Positions 10,583 through 19,820 of a stretch of 25,586 bases of DNA are shown piece by piece. Within the stretch, counting starts at the first letter, position 1. Each line of letters starts with the position of its first letter. Source of the DNA: Clostridia bacterium (lineage in GTDB: Bacteria; Bacillota; Clostridia; Christensenellales; UBA1242); contig JAQVLJ010000001.1 in assembly GCA_028704215.1 (NCBI GenBank), positions 1 to 25,586 on the forward strand, written 5' to 3'. The translations under genes and the position numbers were made by a program. The notes under the pieces are model-generated. The model saw nothing but the letters and a program-made list of their open reading frames with translations, was not told the origin of the DNA and searched no databases.

Positions 10583-11968
10583 TTATTCTTCTTCTGGAAT
10601 ATCCGCTGTTGCGTACACGCCAACCATTTCATGTGAGTAAAAGTCTTCCATATCGCTTTCTGTTAGGTCAGTGCGATGAAGATAATATGCACCACTATCA
10701 ATTTTTGTATAATAGTAAACATATTTGTCATCAAAATCAATGCCGGCAGTAAACAATACTTCTTCGCTACTAAAATTGGTCAGTTGCTCAGTTACCCCTT
10801 TATCATTTCCGTCTAATATAACTCGGTAAATGTTGTCATTTTGATAATAGTACAAATAATGATCGTTTACAAAAAGAGTATTTGCGACATCTGCCAAAAT
10901 TACACTAGGGACAAAACTATCTAGAGCATGAACGGCTGAACTTGTAGCACAAACCAAAACATCCAAACCACGAACGGTGTTTTTTATTGGCAAAAATTTT
11001 GTATATGAGTGAGTGGCAGAGTTTGTCAAACGACTTCCGCCGCCCAATATTCCATCTGTTACGACAGCCTTGTAAATACAGGTATCGATATCATCTTTCA
11101 TTTCGTAATACAAAGTGTCATTCAAAAATGCCAATACTTTATAGGTATTTTGTGTGCCAGTTATGGTAGTGCCTTTTACTTGGTTGATTTGGTTTGAAGT
11201 AACATTATATTGGTACATTTTGTTTCCTTCGTAATCTTCACTTTCATCCTCTGTCAAGGCTTTTGTATAAAATATTCTTCCGTTAAGGAACGTAGCTTGT
11301 TCTGTGTTATCTCTCTCAGTTGGCAAAACTATACTAGTTATGTCACTATCCACCAAAGCAGAAGTCACTTTTCTTGCGATATTAAAACGTGTCAAAGTGT
11401 TGATGTCTTCCCCATCATTTTCATGTACCAATAGAAAAACAACATTATCTTCACTATAATACATATACTGAACTTTGTCGCCTGCTGCTTTAGTTGTATA
11501 TATTGTTTGGACATCGCTAGATTTGTCTAATTTTATTCTTTTAAACACTAGCAAATCATTTGCTATTTCGCCTTCAGTATTTTTTTGAGTACAAGGAGTA
11601 GTAAAATAAATGTACTCACCAAAAATATACAATCCCCCTTGCTCAAATCCAGAAATTTTGTCAAAAATCATTTCATAATCAATTATAGCTCCGTTATCGT
11701 CAACTACAAGTTCGCCATTAACAAGTTTTGTTACATACAAGGCGCTATTCACATAACTGTTGCCTCTGTTGCTGTCGGTTATAGAAGTCTTTGAAACATA
11801 ACCATTTGTAAAATACAAATAATCACCCTTTACTACCGCACTGCCACCGTTGCCCACAACAGAATCAGACTGAACGGGAGCATCTATTTTGGCGTTTGAA
11901 CAACATGCCAAACCAAGTGTTATCAAACACAATATCAAACATACAAATATTTTTTTCAAATTAGTCAT
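10583..11968 (-). CDS. Lipoprotein, probable beta-propeller (DUF5050-like)
   Basis: Lipobox LGLAC-C. Repeated GDYLYFT / GEYIYFT / DHYLYY / DKYVYY beta-strand motifs. GGAG RBS. Confidence 0.75.
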   Translation of the reverse strand: MTNLKKIFVCLILCLITLGLACCSNAKIDAPVQSDSVVGNGGSAVVKGDYLYFTNGYVSKTSITDSNRGNSYVNSALYVTKLVNGELVVDDNGAIIDYEMIFDKISGFEQGGLYIFGEYIYFTTPCTQKNTEGEIANDLLVFKRIKLDKSSDVQTIYTTKAAGDKVQYMYYSEDNVVFLLVHENDGEDINTLTRFNIARKVTSALVDSDITSIVLPTERDNTEQATFLNGRIFYTKALTEDESEDYEGNKMYQYNVTSNQINQVKGTTITGTQNTYKVLAFLNDTLYYEMKDDIDTCIYKAVVTDGILGGGSRLTNSATHSYTKFLPIKNTVRGLDVLVCATSSAVHALDSFVPSVILADVANTLFVNDHYLYYYQNDNIYRVILDGNDKGVTEQLTNFSSEEVLFTAGIDFDDKYVYYYTKIDSGAYYLHRTDLTESDMEDFYSHEMVGVYATADIPEEE

Positions 11969-12004
11969 ATTATCTCCGTTAAATTACAACTCATTGCACT
12001 TGTT

Positions 12005-12033
12005 ATAATACCTTTTAAAAAAATTATTGTCAA
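12005..12033 (-). promoter_or_regulatory. Putative sigma-A promoter
   Basis: TTGACA-N17-TATTAT upstream of the lipoprotein start. Confidence 0.6.
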
Positions 12034-12192
12034 TAAAATACTCATAATAATCACAAATTCGTATCGTAAAAACATAAAAGATACTAAGTATATATTAACG
12101 CTATATATCTATTTTTACAAGATATACAATAATGCGACAATATCTGTTGTTTTTATACTACAAAAAAATAATAAAATAAAAACGAGGTTAAT

Positions 12193-13254
12193 ATGAATAA
12201 CAAAACAATTATTTTGTCAAGTGAAAACAAAACACCGAATGGTATAAAAGCAATATTAACACTAATTACTGACAATTCAACATTAAAGGGCAAAATGCGT
12301 CTTTATAATGCAAATACCCTACCATTAGATAGCAAAATAGGTGTTTATTACAAAGAAAAAATACATACTGCTACAATTACAAAAAGTCAAGATACGTATA
12401 ACTTTGAAATTAATCAAAATTTTGACCTGACAAATGATATTTACTGCGCTGTTTTGGATAAAAAAAATATATTTATTTCTGGTGGAAGCTATGGAAATAT
12501 GTTTTTTAATGAAAACTCTATATTTTATGGGGACGCAAGCACAACTGAAGATGTAGAAGAATACATTGATAAATGTGTAGATCAAGATTGTGAATATGAG
12601 GCAGAAGAACAATCATCAATAGATACAAATGAAAAATGTGATAATTGTGTGTACAAAAAAGATTTTTTTGAAAACAAAAGCACTCCACAGGATTTTTTTT
12701 CAATTTTTAAAAATGAAAACAGTGAATCAACTCAAATAAAAAAACTGAAGCCCGAAACACATTTGCAGCCAAAGGAAATAATCAAAAATGCAGACAGTAC
12801 AAAACAATTAAAAATAATTAAAGAAAATATGCAAACTATTTCAAAGCAAAAAATTCAAAAAGATAAGCAGGAATACAATTCAGAAACTCCTGTAAAAAAG
12901 AGCGGCGATGATATAGGGGATTTTCTTTCTATGATTTCGGAACAAATAGATGAGATGCTGGTAAAATATCCAACAGAAAACATCATAATGGAACTAGTGC
13001 CAAATTCAAAATTTATCAAAATAGAAGATGAATATGAAAACAACACTTATGTAATAGGCGTAATTTACGAAAAAGAAAAAATAAAATATTTGGCTTATGG
13101 AGTGCCAGCGAAATACAACACTCCCGCCCCAAAAGAATTGGGTACAAATTATCAATGGATTCCAATAGACCTTAATGATCCAATGACAGATGGTTATTAC
13201 GTTTTATACCAAGATGCCATTGATGGAAGTATAATCAAATTTACTTATGGTTAA
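12193..13254 (+). CDS. Hypothetical protein (two globular regions, acidic linker with CxxC)
   Basis: 353-aa ORF with GAGG RBS. The C-terminal block YVIGVIY...YLAYGVP...QWIP...GYYVLYQDA looks like a conserved domain. Confidence 0.75.
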   Translation: MNNKTIILSSENKTPNGIKAILTLITDNSTLKGKMRLYNANTLPLDSKIGVYYKEKIHTATITKSQDTYNFEINQNFDLTNDIYCAVLDKKNIFISGGSYGNMFFNENSIFYGDASTTEDVEEYIDKCVDQDCEYEAEEQSSIDTNEKCDNCVYKKDFFENKSTPQDFFSIFKNENSESTQIKKLKPETHLQPKEIIKNADSTKQLKIIKENMQTISKQKIQKDKQEYNSETPVKKSGDDIGDFLSMISEQIDEMLVKYPTENIIMELVPNSKFIKIEDEYENNTYVIGVIYEKEKIKYLAYGVPAKYNTPAPKELGTNYQWIPIDLNDPMTDGYYVLYQDAIDGSIIKFTYG

Positions 13255-13370
13255 TTTTTACAAAAAAATAGCCAAAATATACGAAAAAACAGTCAAAAAA
13301 TAAAATAATATATATAATTTGATTGTTTTTTTTTGTAAAAATATTATATATTAATTATAGGAGAAAAAAA

Positions 13371-13898
13371 ATGTTTTGTAGATTTTGTGGAAAAACAGTA
13401 CCAGATGATAGCAGAGTTTGTATGTTTTGTGGTAAAACCTTAGAATTGGATAATGCAAAAAAATCAGTTACGCAAAAAGAAACGCCAATTGTAAGTAATG
13501 TAACACCATTGGCTTATACCTCTGACAAAGTGCTGGTTGAAAAACCTAATCAAAAAAGATTGGGAGTGCTAAACGTATTTGCTTGGATATTTACTACTAT
13601 ATGTTTGTTGTTTTTAATTGCAACCTTAGGTGGAATCTTTTTGTCCTACTTTGGTGTTTTGCCAGGTATAACCAATTATTTGTTAGTACCTTACTTTTAT
13701 GTGATGTATAATAGTTATTTATTTTATATTGCGATAGGTTTAGGTGGATTGGGAATATTACTGTCTGCAATTTATATGTTCGTTAACACAAAGAGAGCAC
13801 GACCTATTGTTAGTTTCGTATTTAATTTGCTTTTTGCAGGATTGCATATTCTCGGATTGGTTTGGGGATATCAATACATCACAACTTTGTTATTCTAA
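13371..13898 (+). CDS. Zinc-ribbon membrane protein
   Basis: Start reassigned to ATG 13371 (AGGAG RBS). MFCRFCG...CMFCG zinc ribbon followed by about 3 hydrophobic helices. Confidence 0.85.
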   Translation: MFCRFCGKTVPDDSRVCMFCGKTLELDNAKKSVTQKETPIVSNVTPLAYTSDKVLVEKPNQKRLGVLNVFAWIFTTICLLFLIATLGGIFLSYFGVLPGITNYLLVPYFYVMYNSYLFYIAIGLGGLGILLSAIYMFVNTKRARPIVSFVFNLLFAGLHILGLVWGYQYITTLLF

Positions 13899-13911
13899 CA
13901 TTTTGTACAAC

Positions 13912-13942
13912 AAAAAAGTTCGAGATAATCGAACTTTTTTTT
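13912..13942. terminator. Bidirectional intrinsic terminator
   Basis: AAAAAAGTTCGA-gataa-TCGAACTTTTTT perfect inverted repeat between convergent genes. Confidence 0.85.
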
Positions 13943-14435
13943 ATTCTTTATATTTTGGTTTCATCAAATCTGCAAATAAAATTGCTTTCATTTTTGGTGA
14001 CATATTATTGATTTGGTCTGTTAATGAATCTTCTTCAGATTTGGTGTTTTCATCAAAATCATAGCTACTAAAATGTCTATTAGGTCTTTCAGGTCTAGCG
14101 ACACCTTCAAATTTTGGTACTGGGGGTAAATTGTCATCTTCCAAATCTTTCAACAATTTGTCCAATTCGTCATCATCACTGCCACCAATACCATATGAAC
14201 TACTTGGTTTATTCTGAGTTTGAAGTTTTCTTTCCTCTTCGTATTTTTTTTCAAATTCGATTTGTTTTTTTAAAGCCTCTAACTCTTTTTCTTCATCCGT
14301 TTTGGGTTTGACGTTTTCTTTGGCTTTTTTCTCTGCGATTTTATTTTTATTTTTTTTATAAATCGCAAATAGTGAAATTACTGCCAATGGAACCGCCAAG
14401 CATATAGACAATACTATTATTTCGGTCCAAGACAT
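13941..14435 (-). CDS. Single-TM hypothetical protein, third gene of the nfeD-floA operon (yqfB position)
   Basis: N-terminal TM helix and charged tail. TAATG overlap with the floA stop. Confidence 0.75.
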   Translation of the reverse strand: MSWTEIIVLSICLAVPLAVISLFAIYKKNKNKIAEKKAKENVKPKTDEEKELEALKKQIEFEKKYEEERKLQTQNKPSSSYGIGGSDDDELDKLLKDLEDDNLPPVPKFEGVARPERPNRHFSSYDFDENTKSEEDSLTDQINNMSPKMKAILFADLMKPKYKE

Positions 14436-15445
14436 TATCTGTCTCCTTCTTCACCATCTTTTTTATCTTTGTCAGCAAAAGCGTTACGCATTTTTGTATC
14501 TGCGTTTAAGTTCTGCATTTTGTAATAATCCAATACACCAATTTGTCCGTTTCGGAATGCTTGTGCCATAGCCTTTGGAATTTCAGACTCAGCAGCAAGT
14601 ACCAAAGCTTTCATTTCTTGTGTTTTTGCTTTCATTTCTTGCTCCAAAGCAACTGCTTGCATACGCTTTTCTTCCGCTTTTGCTTGTGAAATGCGTTTTT
14701 TTGCTTCTGCATCTTCTATGGACAACTGTGCTCCAACGTTACGGCCAACGTCAATATCAGCAATATCTACTGACAATATTTCGAAAGCTGTGTTTCTATC
14801 AAGACCTTTTGAATATACCTTTTCAGAAATCAAACTTGGGTTTGCCAAAATATCTGAATTTCTTTCTGCACTACCTACTGCAGCAACTATTCCTTCACCA
14901 ACACGGGCAATAATAGTATTTTCATCAGCACCACCAATTTGTCTGTCCATTTTTGACTTTACAGTAATACGGGCTTTTACATGCAATTCTATACCATCTT
15001 TTGCAATTGCGCTTATTTCTGGAGTAATAATTACGCGTGGGCTCACACTTGTAGTAACCGCTTCTAATACATCTCTACCTGCCAAGTCTATTGCTCTAGC
15101 CTCATCTATGCTAAGATCCAATTTTGCACTATAAGCAGCAACCAATGCGGCTACCACTTTGTCAATTCTTCCGCCTGCCATTGAGTGAGTTTCCAATTGT
15201 CCTATACTAATATTTAAGCCTGCTTTCTTTGATATGATAAACTGAGAAACAATTGATTTGTAATCTTGTTTTCTCAACTTCATACCAAGCAAACGCACCA
15301 TAGAAACGTGTGCGCCAGAAACTAAGGCTCTAAACCATACGCGCAGAGGCACAAAACCTATGACAAGCGCTATGAATACAACCAAAACACCTAGACCGAT
15401 AAATAGTCCTACATTTACTTTTAATAAAAGATTAAGTCCAAACAT
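14435..15445 (-). CDS. floA: Flotillin-like protein FloA (UPF0365)
   Basis: LETHSMAGG, AIDLAGRDVLEAV, TAFEILSVDIADIDVG and DYYKMQN motifs; GGAGG RBS. Confidence 0.95.
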   Translation of the reverse strand: MFGLNLLLKVNVGLFIGLGVLVVFIALVIGFVPLRVWFRALVSGAHVSMVRLLGMKLRKQDYKSIVSQFIISKKAGLNISIGQLETHSMAGGRIDKVVAALVAAYSAKLDLSIDEARAIDLAGRDVLEAVTTSVSPRVIITPEISAIAKDGIELHVKARITVKSKMDRQIGGADENTIIARVGEGIVAAVGSAERNSDILANPSLISEKVYSKGLDRNTAFEILSVDIADIDVGRNVGAQLSIEDAEAKKRISQAKAEEKRMQAVALEQEMKAKTQEMKALVLAAESEIPKAMAQAFRNGQIGVLDYYKMQNLNADTKMRNAFADKDKKDGEEGDR

Positions 15446-15453
15446 AATACCTC

Positions 15454-15972
15454 CTATACGATACGTTTAACTATTATTTCGTTATCTTCGATTTGTACTA
15501 TTTCGATTTTGTAACCAGAGTGAATAATATTGTCTAACGTGCGTGCATTGAATTCTTGATCATTTACGCGTATCTTTCCGCCCAAATTCAAATCTGTGAT
15601 AGCAAGACCTTTTTTGCCTACCAATTTTTCTAACATTATTTTTTTGTCAATGTAAGATTTTGAAATGGCAGTGCCATTTTCAATAATTGGTGTTCTTCCC
15701 AATATTCCGTATTTTGCACTATAAGTCATAAATGCAAACATAGCCAACATAATGAGGAAAAACAATATTATCATAATAACTACTTGAGTAGCACTGGCTC
15801 CAGCGACGGCACGAACTACAATTCCGCCCACCACCATCAAACTACCAGATATTCCAAAAAAGCCAATGCCGGGAATAAAAATCTCTATGATACAAAACAC
15901 TATACCCAATGAAAGTAAGACTGCACTAATCCAGCCCATTTCGGTAAAGAGTTGTACAAATTCATTCCACAT
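15454..15972 (-). CDS. nfeD: NfeD family membrane protein (short type)
   Basis: EIFIPGIGFFGI TM region and OB-fold tail LVGKKGLAITDLNLGGK. Start reassigned to ATG 15972 (GAGGT RBS). Directly upstream of floA. Confidence 0.88.
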   Translation of the reverse strand: MWNEFVQLFTEMGWISAVLLSLGIVFCIIEIFIPGIGFFGISGSLMVVGGIVVRAVAGASATQVVIMIILFFLIMLAMFAFMTYSAKYGILGRTPIIENGTAISKSYIDKKIMLEKLVGKKGLAITDLNLGGKIRVNDQEFNARTLDNIIHSGYKIEIVQIEDNEIIVKRIV

Positions 15973-15997
15973 AGTTACCTCAATTAAATACACAGAT

Positions 15998-16026
15998 ATG
16001 ATATACCATTTTATTCAATTTGTCAA
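15998..16026 (-). promoter_or_regulatory. Putative sigma-A promoter of nfeD-floA
   Basis: TTGACA-N17-TATCAT. Confidence 0.6.
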
Positions 16027-16063
16027 TATTAAAATACTGCATTTATAATAACAAATCTCAACA

Positions 16064-16912
16064 CTATTTTGATAATAATTTTTTGTTATTTTCTCTGTAA
16101 TAATAAAATAAAAATTGTTGTGCAAGTCCTGAGTATTCGCCAAAGATTTTTATTAGATTTTTTCTCATTTCAAAGCGGTTTTTTGCTGAAATTTGGGCAA
16201 AATTGTTTTTGTACACTTTTTCTATCCAGGTATCTACTGGAAAAACATACTTTTGATTGTCGCCAAACAGCAAAATACAATCTGATACTTTTTCACCTAT
16301 GCCAGACAAAGATATAAGCCATTTTTGTTTTTGAGCAAAATCCATTTTTATAAAATCATTCAAACAGTTAGCATCCAATTTTTGCAAAGTAGCATACAAC
16401 TGTTTGGCTCTGTAACCGAGTCCCGCAATAGTAAAAAATTCTATACTTGCAGTTTTGAGTGCTTTTAAAGTGGGAAAAGCATAATAATCATCGACCTTTT
16501 GTCCCAAGTGCTCACATATATAAAACAAACTGTTAGTAATTCTCTTAATATTGTTGTTCGCCGAGATAATGAAACTTACCATACTTTCGAGTAAGTCTTG
16601 CTTCAAAATACGTAACCCTTTTCCAAAAATTATGCTTTCTTTCAAAAACTCAAATTTCGTTAGTTCATTATAAACATTTGTATAGTTGTTATTAAGGTCA
16701 AAAAAATTTACAAAATATTCTAGGTCGCTTGAAATAATCTTTGTTTGACCATTTTCCGTTTTTACCACCGCTTTTTTGTCGAGAGAAAAAACTGTGGCAA
16801 TGCCGTCTTCAATTTTGTAACGAAAAATCTGACCGCATTTCAAAATATGGTTAATGTCAAATTGCGACTTGTCAGTAATTATAATTACATTTTTTTCTAT
16901 TTTGTATATCAT
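16064..16912 (-). CDS. 8-oxoguanine DNA glycosylase (OGG1-type, HhH-GPD)
   Basis: CGQIFRY, GLRILKQD, SFIISANNNIKRI, GLGYRA, LSGIGEKVSDCILLF and FPVDTW. Start reassigned to ATG 16912 (ATGA overlap with the rsmD stop). Confidence 0.92.
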   Translation of the reverse strand: MIYKIEKNVIIITDKSQFDINHILKCGQIFRYKIEDGIATVFSLDKKAVVKTENGQTKIISSDLEYFVNFFDLNNNYTNVYNELTKFEFLKESIIFGKGLRILKQDLLESMVSFIISANNNIKRITNSLFYICEHLGQKVDDYYAFPTLKALKTASIEFFTIAGLGYRAKQLYATLQKLDANCLNDFIKMDFAQKQKWLISLSGIGEKVSDCILLFGDNQKYVFPVDTWIEKVYKNNFAQISAKNRFEMRKNLIKIFGEYSGLAQQFLFYYYRENNKKLLSK

Positions 16913-17448
16913 TGGTTTCCTTTTTTGTTGTACAAAAACACTACCTGAACTGTACCATATTTTTTCACTTTGCAATCGTAATCAAACTGAAACTCGCTAT
17001 TGTCAAATCCCCTTTCCCAAACAATTACGCCATCTTCTGACAACAAATCGTTGTCATATATATATTGTATTGCTTTCATAGCATAATCAGTTTTAAATGG
17101 CGGGTCAAGTAAAAATATATCAACTTTTGTGTTTAGGTTTTTCAAAAATTTTATATAGTCAATGTTTTGTACTTCTGCATCTACGCCCAAAGAATTTACA
17201 TTACTATTGATTACTTCTAAGGCTCTCTTGTTATTGTCTACAAAAAATACTTTCTTTGCCCCACGAGAAATCGCCTCTATCCCTAATGCACCCGTGCCAG
17301 CAAACAAATCAACCACTAGGCTATCTTCAACAAAAAAATTAATGACATCAAAAATACTTTCTTTTACCCTATCCAAAGTTGGTCGTGTGTTTTCGTTTTC
17401 GAACTCCACCAGCTTTCGACCTTTATATTTTCCTGCGATTACTCTCAT
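16909..17448 (-). CDS. rsmD: 16S rRNA (guanine966-N2)-methyltransferase RsmD
   Basis: MRVIAG, TRPTLDRVKESIF, DLFAGTGALGIEAISRGA and DPPF. Start reassigned to ATG 17448. Confidence 0.95.
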   Translation of the reverse strand: MRVIAGKYKGRKLVEFENENTRPTLDRVKESIFDVINFFVEDSLVVDLFAGTGALGIEAISRGAKKVFFVDNNKRALEVINSNVNSLGVDAEVQNIDYIKFLKNLNTKVDIFLLDPPFKTDYAMKAIQYIYDNDLLSEDGVIVWERGFDNSEFQFDYDCKVKKYGTVQVVFLYNKKGNQ

Positions 17449-17500
17449 ACAAAAAAATATATCACATTTCACAAAACAAACAAAAATGTTTTTGGATAAA

Positions 17501-18256
17501 TTATAATTCTAATTTTATCTTACATTTTGAAGCATTTGCGTAAATTTTATCCTTTAAAATTAATTGTTTGCCATCAAACATATCCCCAATGGGACTGCCA
17601 CTCAAAATAGGAAAAGAATTTTGAACCATATCACACAGCAAAAACTTATCATTATACTCAATAATACCAAATGCATGTCCATCGTTATTCGCCACATCTT
17701 CAAAATAAACATCTTTGCTCATAACAAAATAAGATTTAATGCCAGCAAGAAGCCACAAATTATGAGCAAGAGAGGAATATTCCACACAAGCCGCACAATC
17801 CATTCCCTTAAAAGCACTGATGGATGGAATAACATAATCATCAGTTGATGTGTCTATTTTTGCAAGCTTTTCACGCTTTCGTAGGTTTTCGCTATCAGGC
17901 AAATTCCCGAAATAATCCGATTCCGTTTTTACAATCGATTTTAATACGGAAACTGGGAATTTATTGTTTTCATTTATAAACTGCTCTAAATTATCGAAAA
18001 ATGTATAGTAAATATCTTGATCATCTAGTTTAAATGATTGCATTTTCATGGTATTTATATCAATTGTTTCATCTTTAGAAAAAAAACCACTTTTTTCAGT
18101 ATCGTTTGAAAGCGTTTCGACTAATTCATCAATCATTTTATGTCTTTTATCAGTGTCTTTTTCAGCAATGATTTCTGACCACTTTTCAGTGCGTTCTGTG
18201 CCATGCCTTACAGCAAGTCCACTTGCATCCCAACTCAATCCATTGAATCTTTCCAT
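17501..18256 (-). CDS. Hypothetical protein with putative transglutaminase/papain-like Cys-His-Asp triad
   Basis: ACVEYSSLAHNLW...GHAFGII...LLCD spacing; GAGG RBS. Confidence 0.6.
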   Translation of the reverse strand: MERFNGLSWDASGLAVRHGTERTEKWSEIIAEKDTDKRHKMIDELVETLSNDTEKSGFFSKDETIDINTMKMQSFKLDDQDIYYTFFDNLEQFINENNKFPVSVLKSIVKTESDYFGNLPDSENLRKREKLAKIDTSTDDYVIPSISAFKGMDCAACVEYSSLAHNLWLLAGIKSYFVMSKDVYFEDVANNDGHAFGIIEYNDKFLLCDMVQNSFPILSGSPIGDMFDGKQLILKDKIYANASKCKIKLEL

Positions 18257-18345
18257 AATTTCCTCATAGCCATAATAACATAATCTAAAAAAATTTGCAA
18301 TAGTAAACTTAGATGCAAAATACTTTGATATAATCTAATTTACAT

Positions 18346-18374
18346 AAAAAAAGTCGTGAATTAATCACGACTTT
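18346..18374. terminator. Hairpin/terminator
   Basis: AAAGTCGTGA-attaa-TCACGACTTT perfect 10-bp stem with flanking A-run. Confidence 0.7.
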
Positions 18375-18587
18375 ATTTGGAGTGTCTAAAGAAATTTGCT
18401 GTTAATAAATACCCTTAGTCTTTTTATTTTATTGGCACAAGTTCTATATATCCTCGTTCGCCTTTTGGTTCCAATTCCTTAGACTTGTTTTAATAAATTA
18501 TATTTTTTTTGTAGATTGTAAACAATTCAAATAATGAATACACAGTAAAATAAAAAACTGATAAGGTGTTCTTCTTATAAGTTTCAC

Positions 18588-18670
18588 TTGGCGGAGCGAA
18601 TCAAGTTAAATTTGAACATAGCGTTTTGATAAGTGAAAATAATTTTATGTTAAGGTTTAAATTATAATTT
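18588..18670. repeat. 83-bp att-like repeat, copy 1 (starts with the tRNA 3' end, TGGCGGA)
   Basis: Ungapped alignment to 21182-21264: 59/83 identical by hand, 27/33 in the first block and 17/20 in the last block. Confidence 0.75.
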
Positions 18671-18739
18671 TTTATTAGTGCCTTAAATCCACAAGATAAA
18701 AATATTGAATTATTGAATTATAAATGTTATAATAGTATT

Positions 18740-19243
18740 ATGAATATAAAAGAAGCAAAGTTAAAATATGTAAATGATAATATTTATATAGCAGATTATC
18801 TTTTTCATGGTTCTAATAAAAAAATAAAAATTTTAGAGCCAAGGCAGGCAACGTGTGCAACTAAGACACCAGTTAATTTAAGAAATGCGGTCTATGCCAC
18901 TAGTGTTTTTGATATGGCAATGTGTTATGCAATTTTAAGAAATATTAAAACAAAAAAGTATTATGATGATAAAACAAATACAATGGTTGACGATTACGCT
19001 TTTAAAATTAGTGGGCATAAAAAAGACTTAAAAGTAGTTATAGAAAGGGGTGCAATACCGCTTGATGCCAAGGGCTATGTATATGTTTTTGAGCATAATA
19101 ACTTTATTAAAGAAATTTATGAAAGTGTTCAATATATTTCTAAAAAAAGTCAACAGCCAATAGATGTAATTGAAGTTGAATATAAAGATGTAGAAAAATA
19201 TATAACATATAAAAACGAAGAAGAGGAAAATTTAAGTTTTTAA
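18740..19243 (+). CDS. Putative ADP-ribosyltransferase-fold (Arr-like) protein
   Basis: LFHGS...LEPR...VYAT...GYVY motif order resembles H-Y type ART folds. The ATG at 18740 follows a TG-n-TATAAT promoter element. Confidence 0.55.
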   Translation: MNIKEAKLKYVNDNIYIADYLFHGSNKKIKILEPRQATCATKTPVNLRNAVYATSVFDMAMCYAILRNIKTKKYYDDKTNTMVDDYAFKISGHKKDLKVVIERGAIPLDAKGYVYVFEHNNFIKEIYESVQYISKKSQQPIDVIEVEYKDVEKYITYKNEEEENLSF

Positions 19244-19244
19244 G

Positions 19245-19805
19245 ATGGGTATTAGTATGGATAATAAAATTTTAAAGTTTATAGAAAAAGAAGATACTAG
19301 CAATATAAGATTTTTTAAATCAAAAAATGATGATATGTTTTTTCTTATAAATCAACCTTCTTTTGAAGAGAAAGAAGATAATTACAATATAATTAATGTT
19401 TATAATGAGCAGTTAGAAAAAAAAGGTCAAGTTCAATATTCAATTATTAGGAATAGAACCTATAATACAGCTTTTTTATATAACATTTTTGTAAATGAAG
19501 AATGTTTAGGAAAAAGTATTGGTTTTTATGCTTTAAAGTTCTTTGAAGAGGTTGTAAGTAATAAATTTTGTAGTTCGGTTGAGGGTAAATATTATCCCAA
19601 AGCCCCTGCAAAACCAGAAGAGGTTAAAAAGTTCTATTTAAGAAATGGTTATTCTATAGAGTATGAAGGTTATGATAAAATGATATATAAATATTTGTCA
19701 AAAGAAAATTTACATTCAATAAAAAATAACACTAAATCAGTTAATAATTATAAAATATATGGTAAAATAAATGAATTTGATTTAAATTCTGAATTAACCA
19801 ATTAA
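19245..19805 (+). CDS. GNAT family N-acetyltransferase
   Basis: IFVNEECLGKSIG (motif A) and KKFYLRNGY (motif B). Confidence 0.75.
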   Translation: MGISMDNKILKFIEKEDTSNIRFFKSKNDDMFFLINQPSFEEKEDNYNIINVYNEQLEKKGQVQYSIIRNRTYNTAFLYNIFVNEECLGKSIGFYALKFFEEVVSNKFCSSVEGKYYPKAPAKPEEVKKFYLRNGYSIEYEGYDKMIYKYLSKENLHSIKNNTKSVNNYKIYGKINEFDLNSELTN

Positions 19806-19820
19806 AAGGAGATAATAGAT

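Noticed and set aside
14114..17848. Antisense ORFs over floA, nfeD, the glycosylase gene, rsmD and the 17501 gene
   Set aside because: They overlap well-supported genes on the opposite strand
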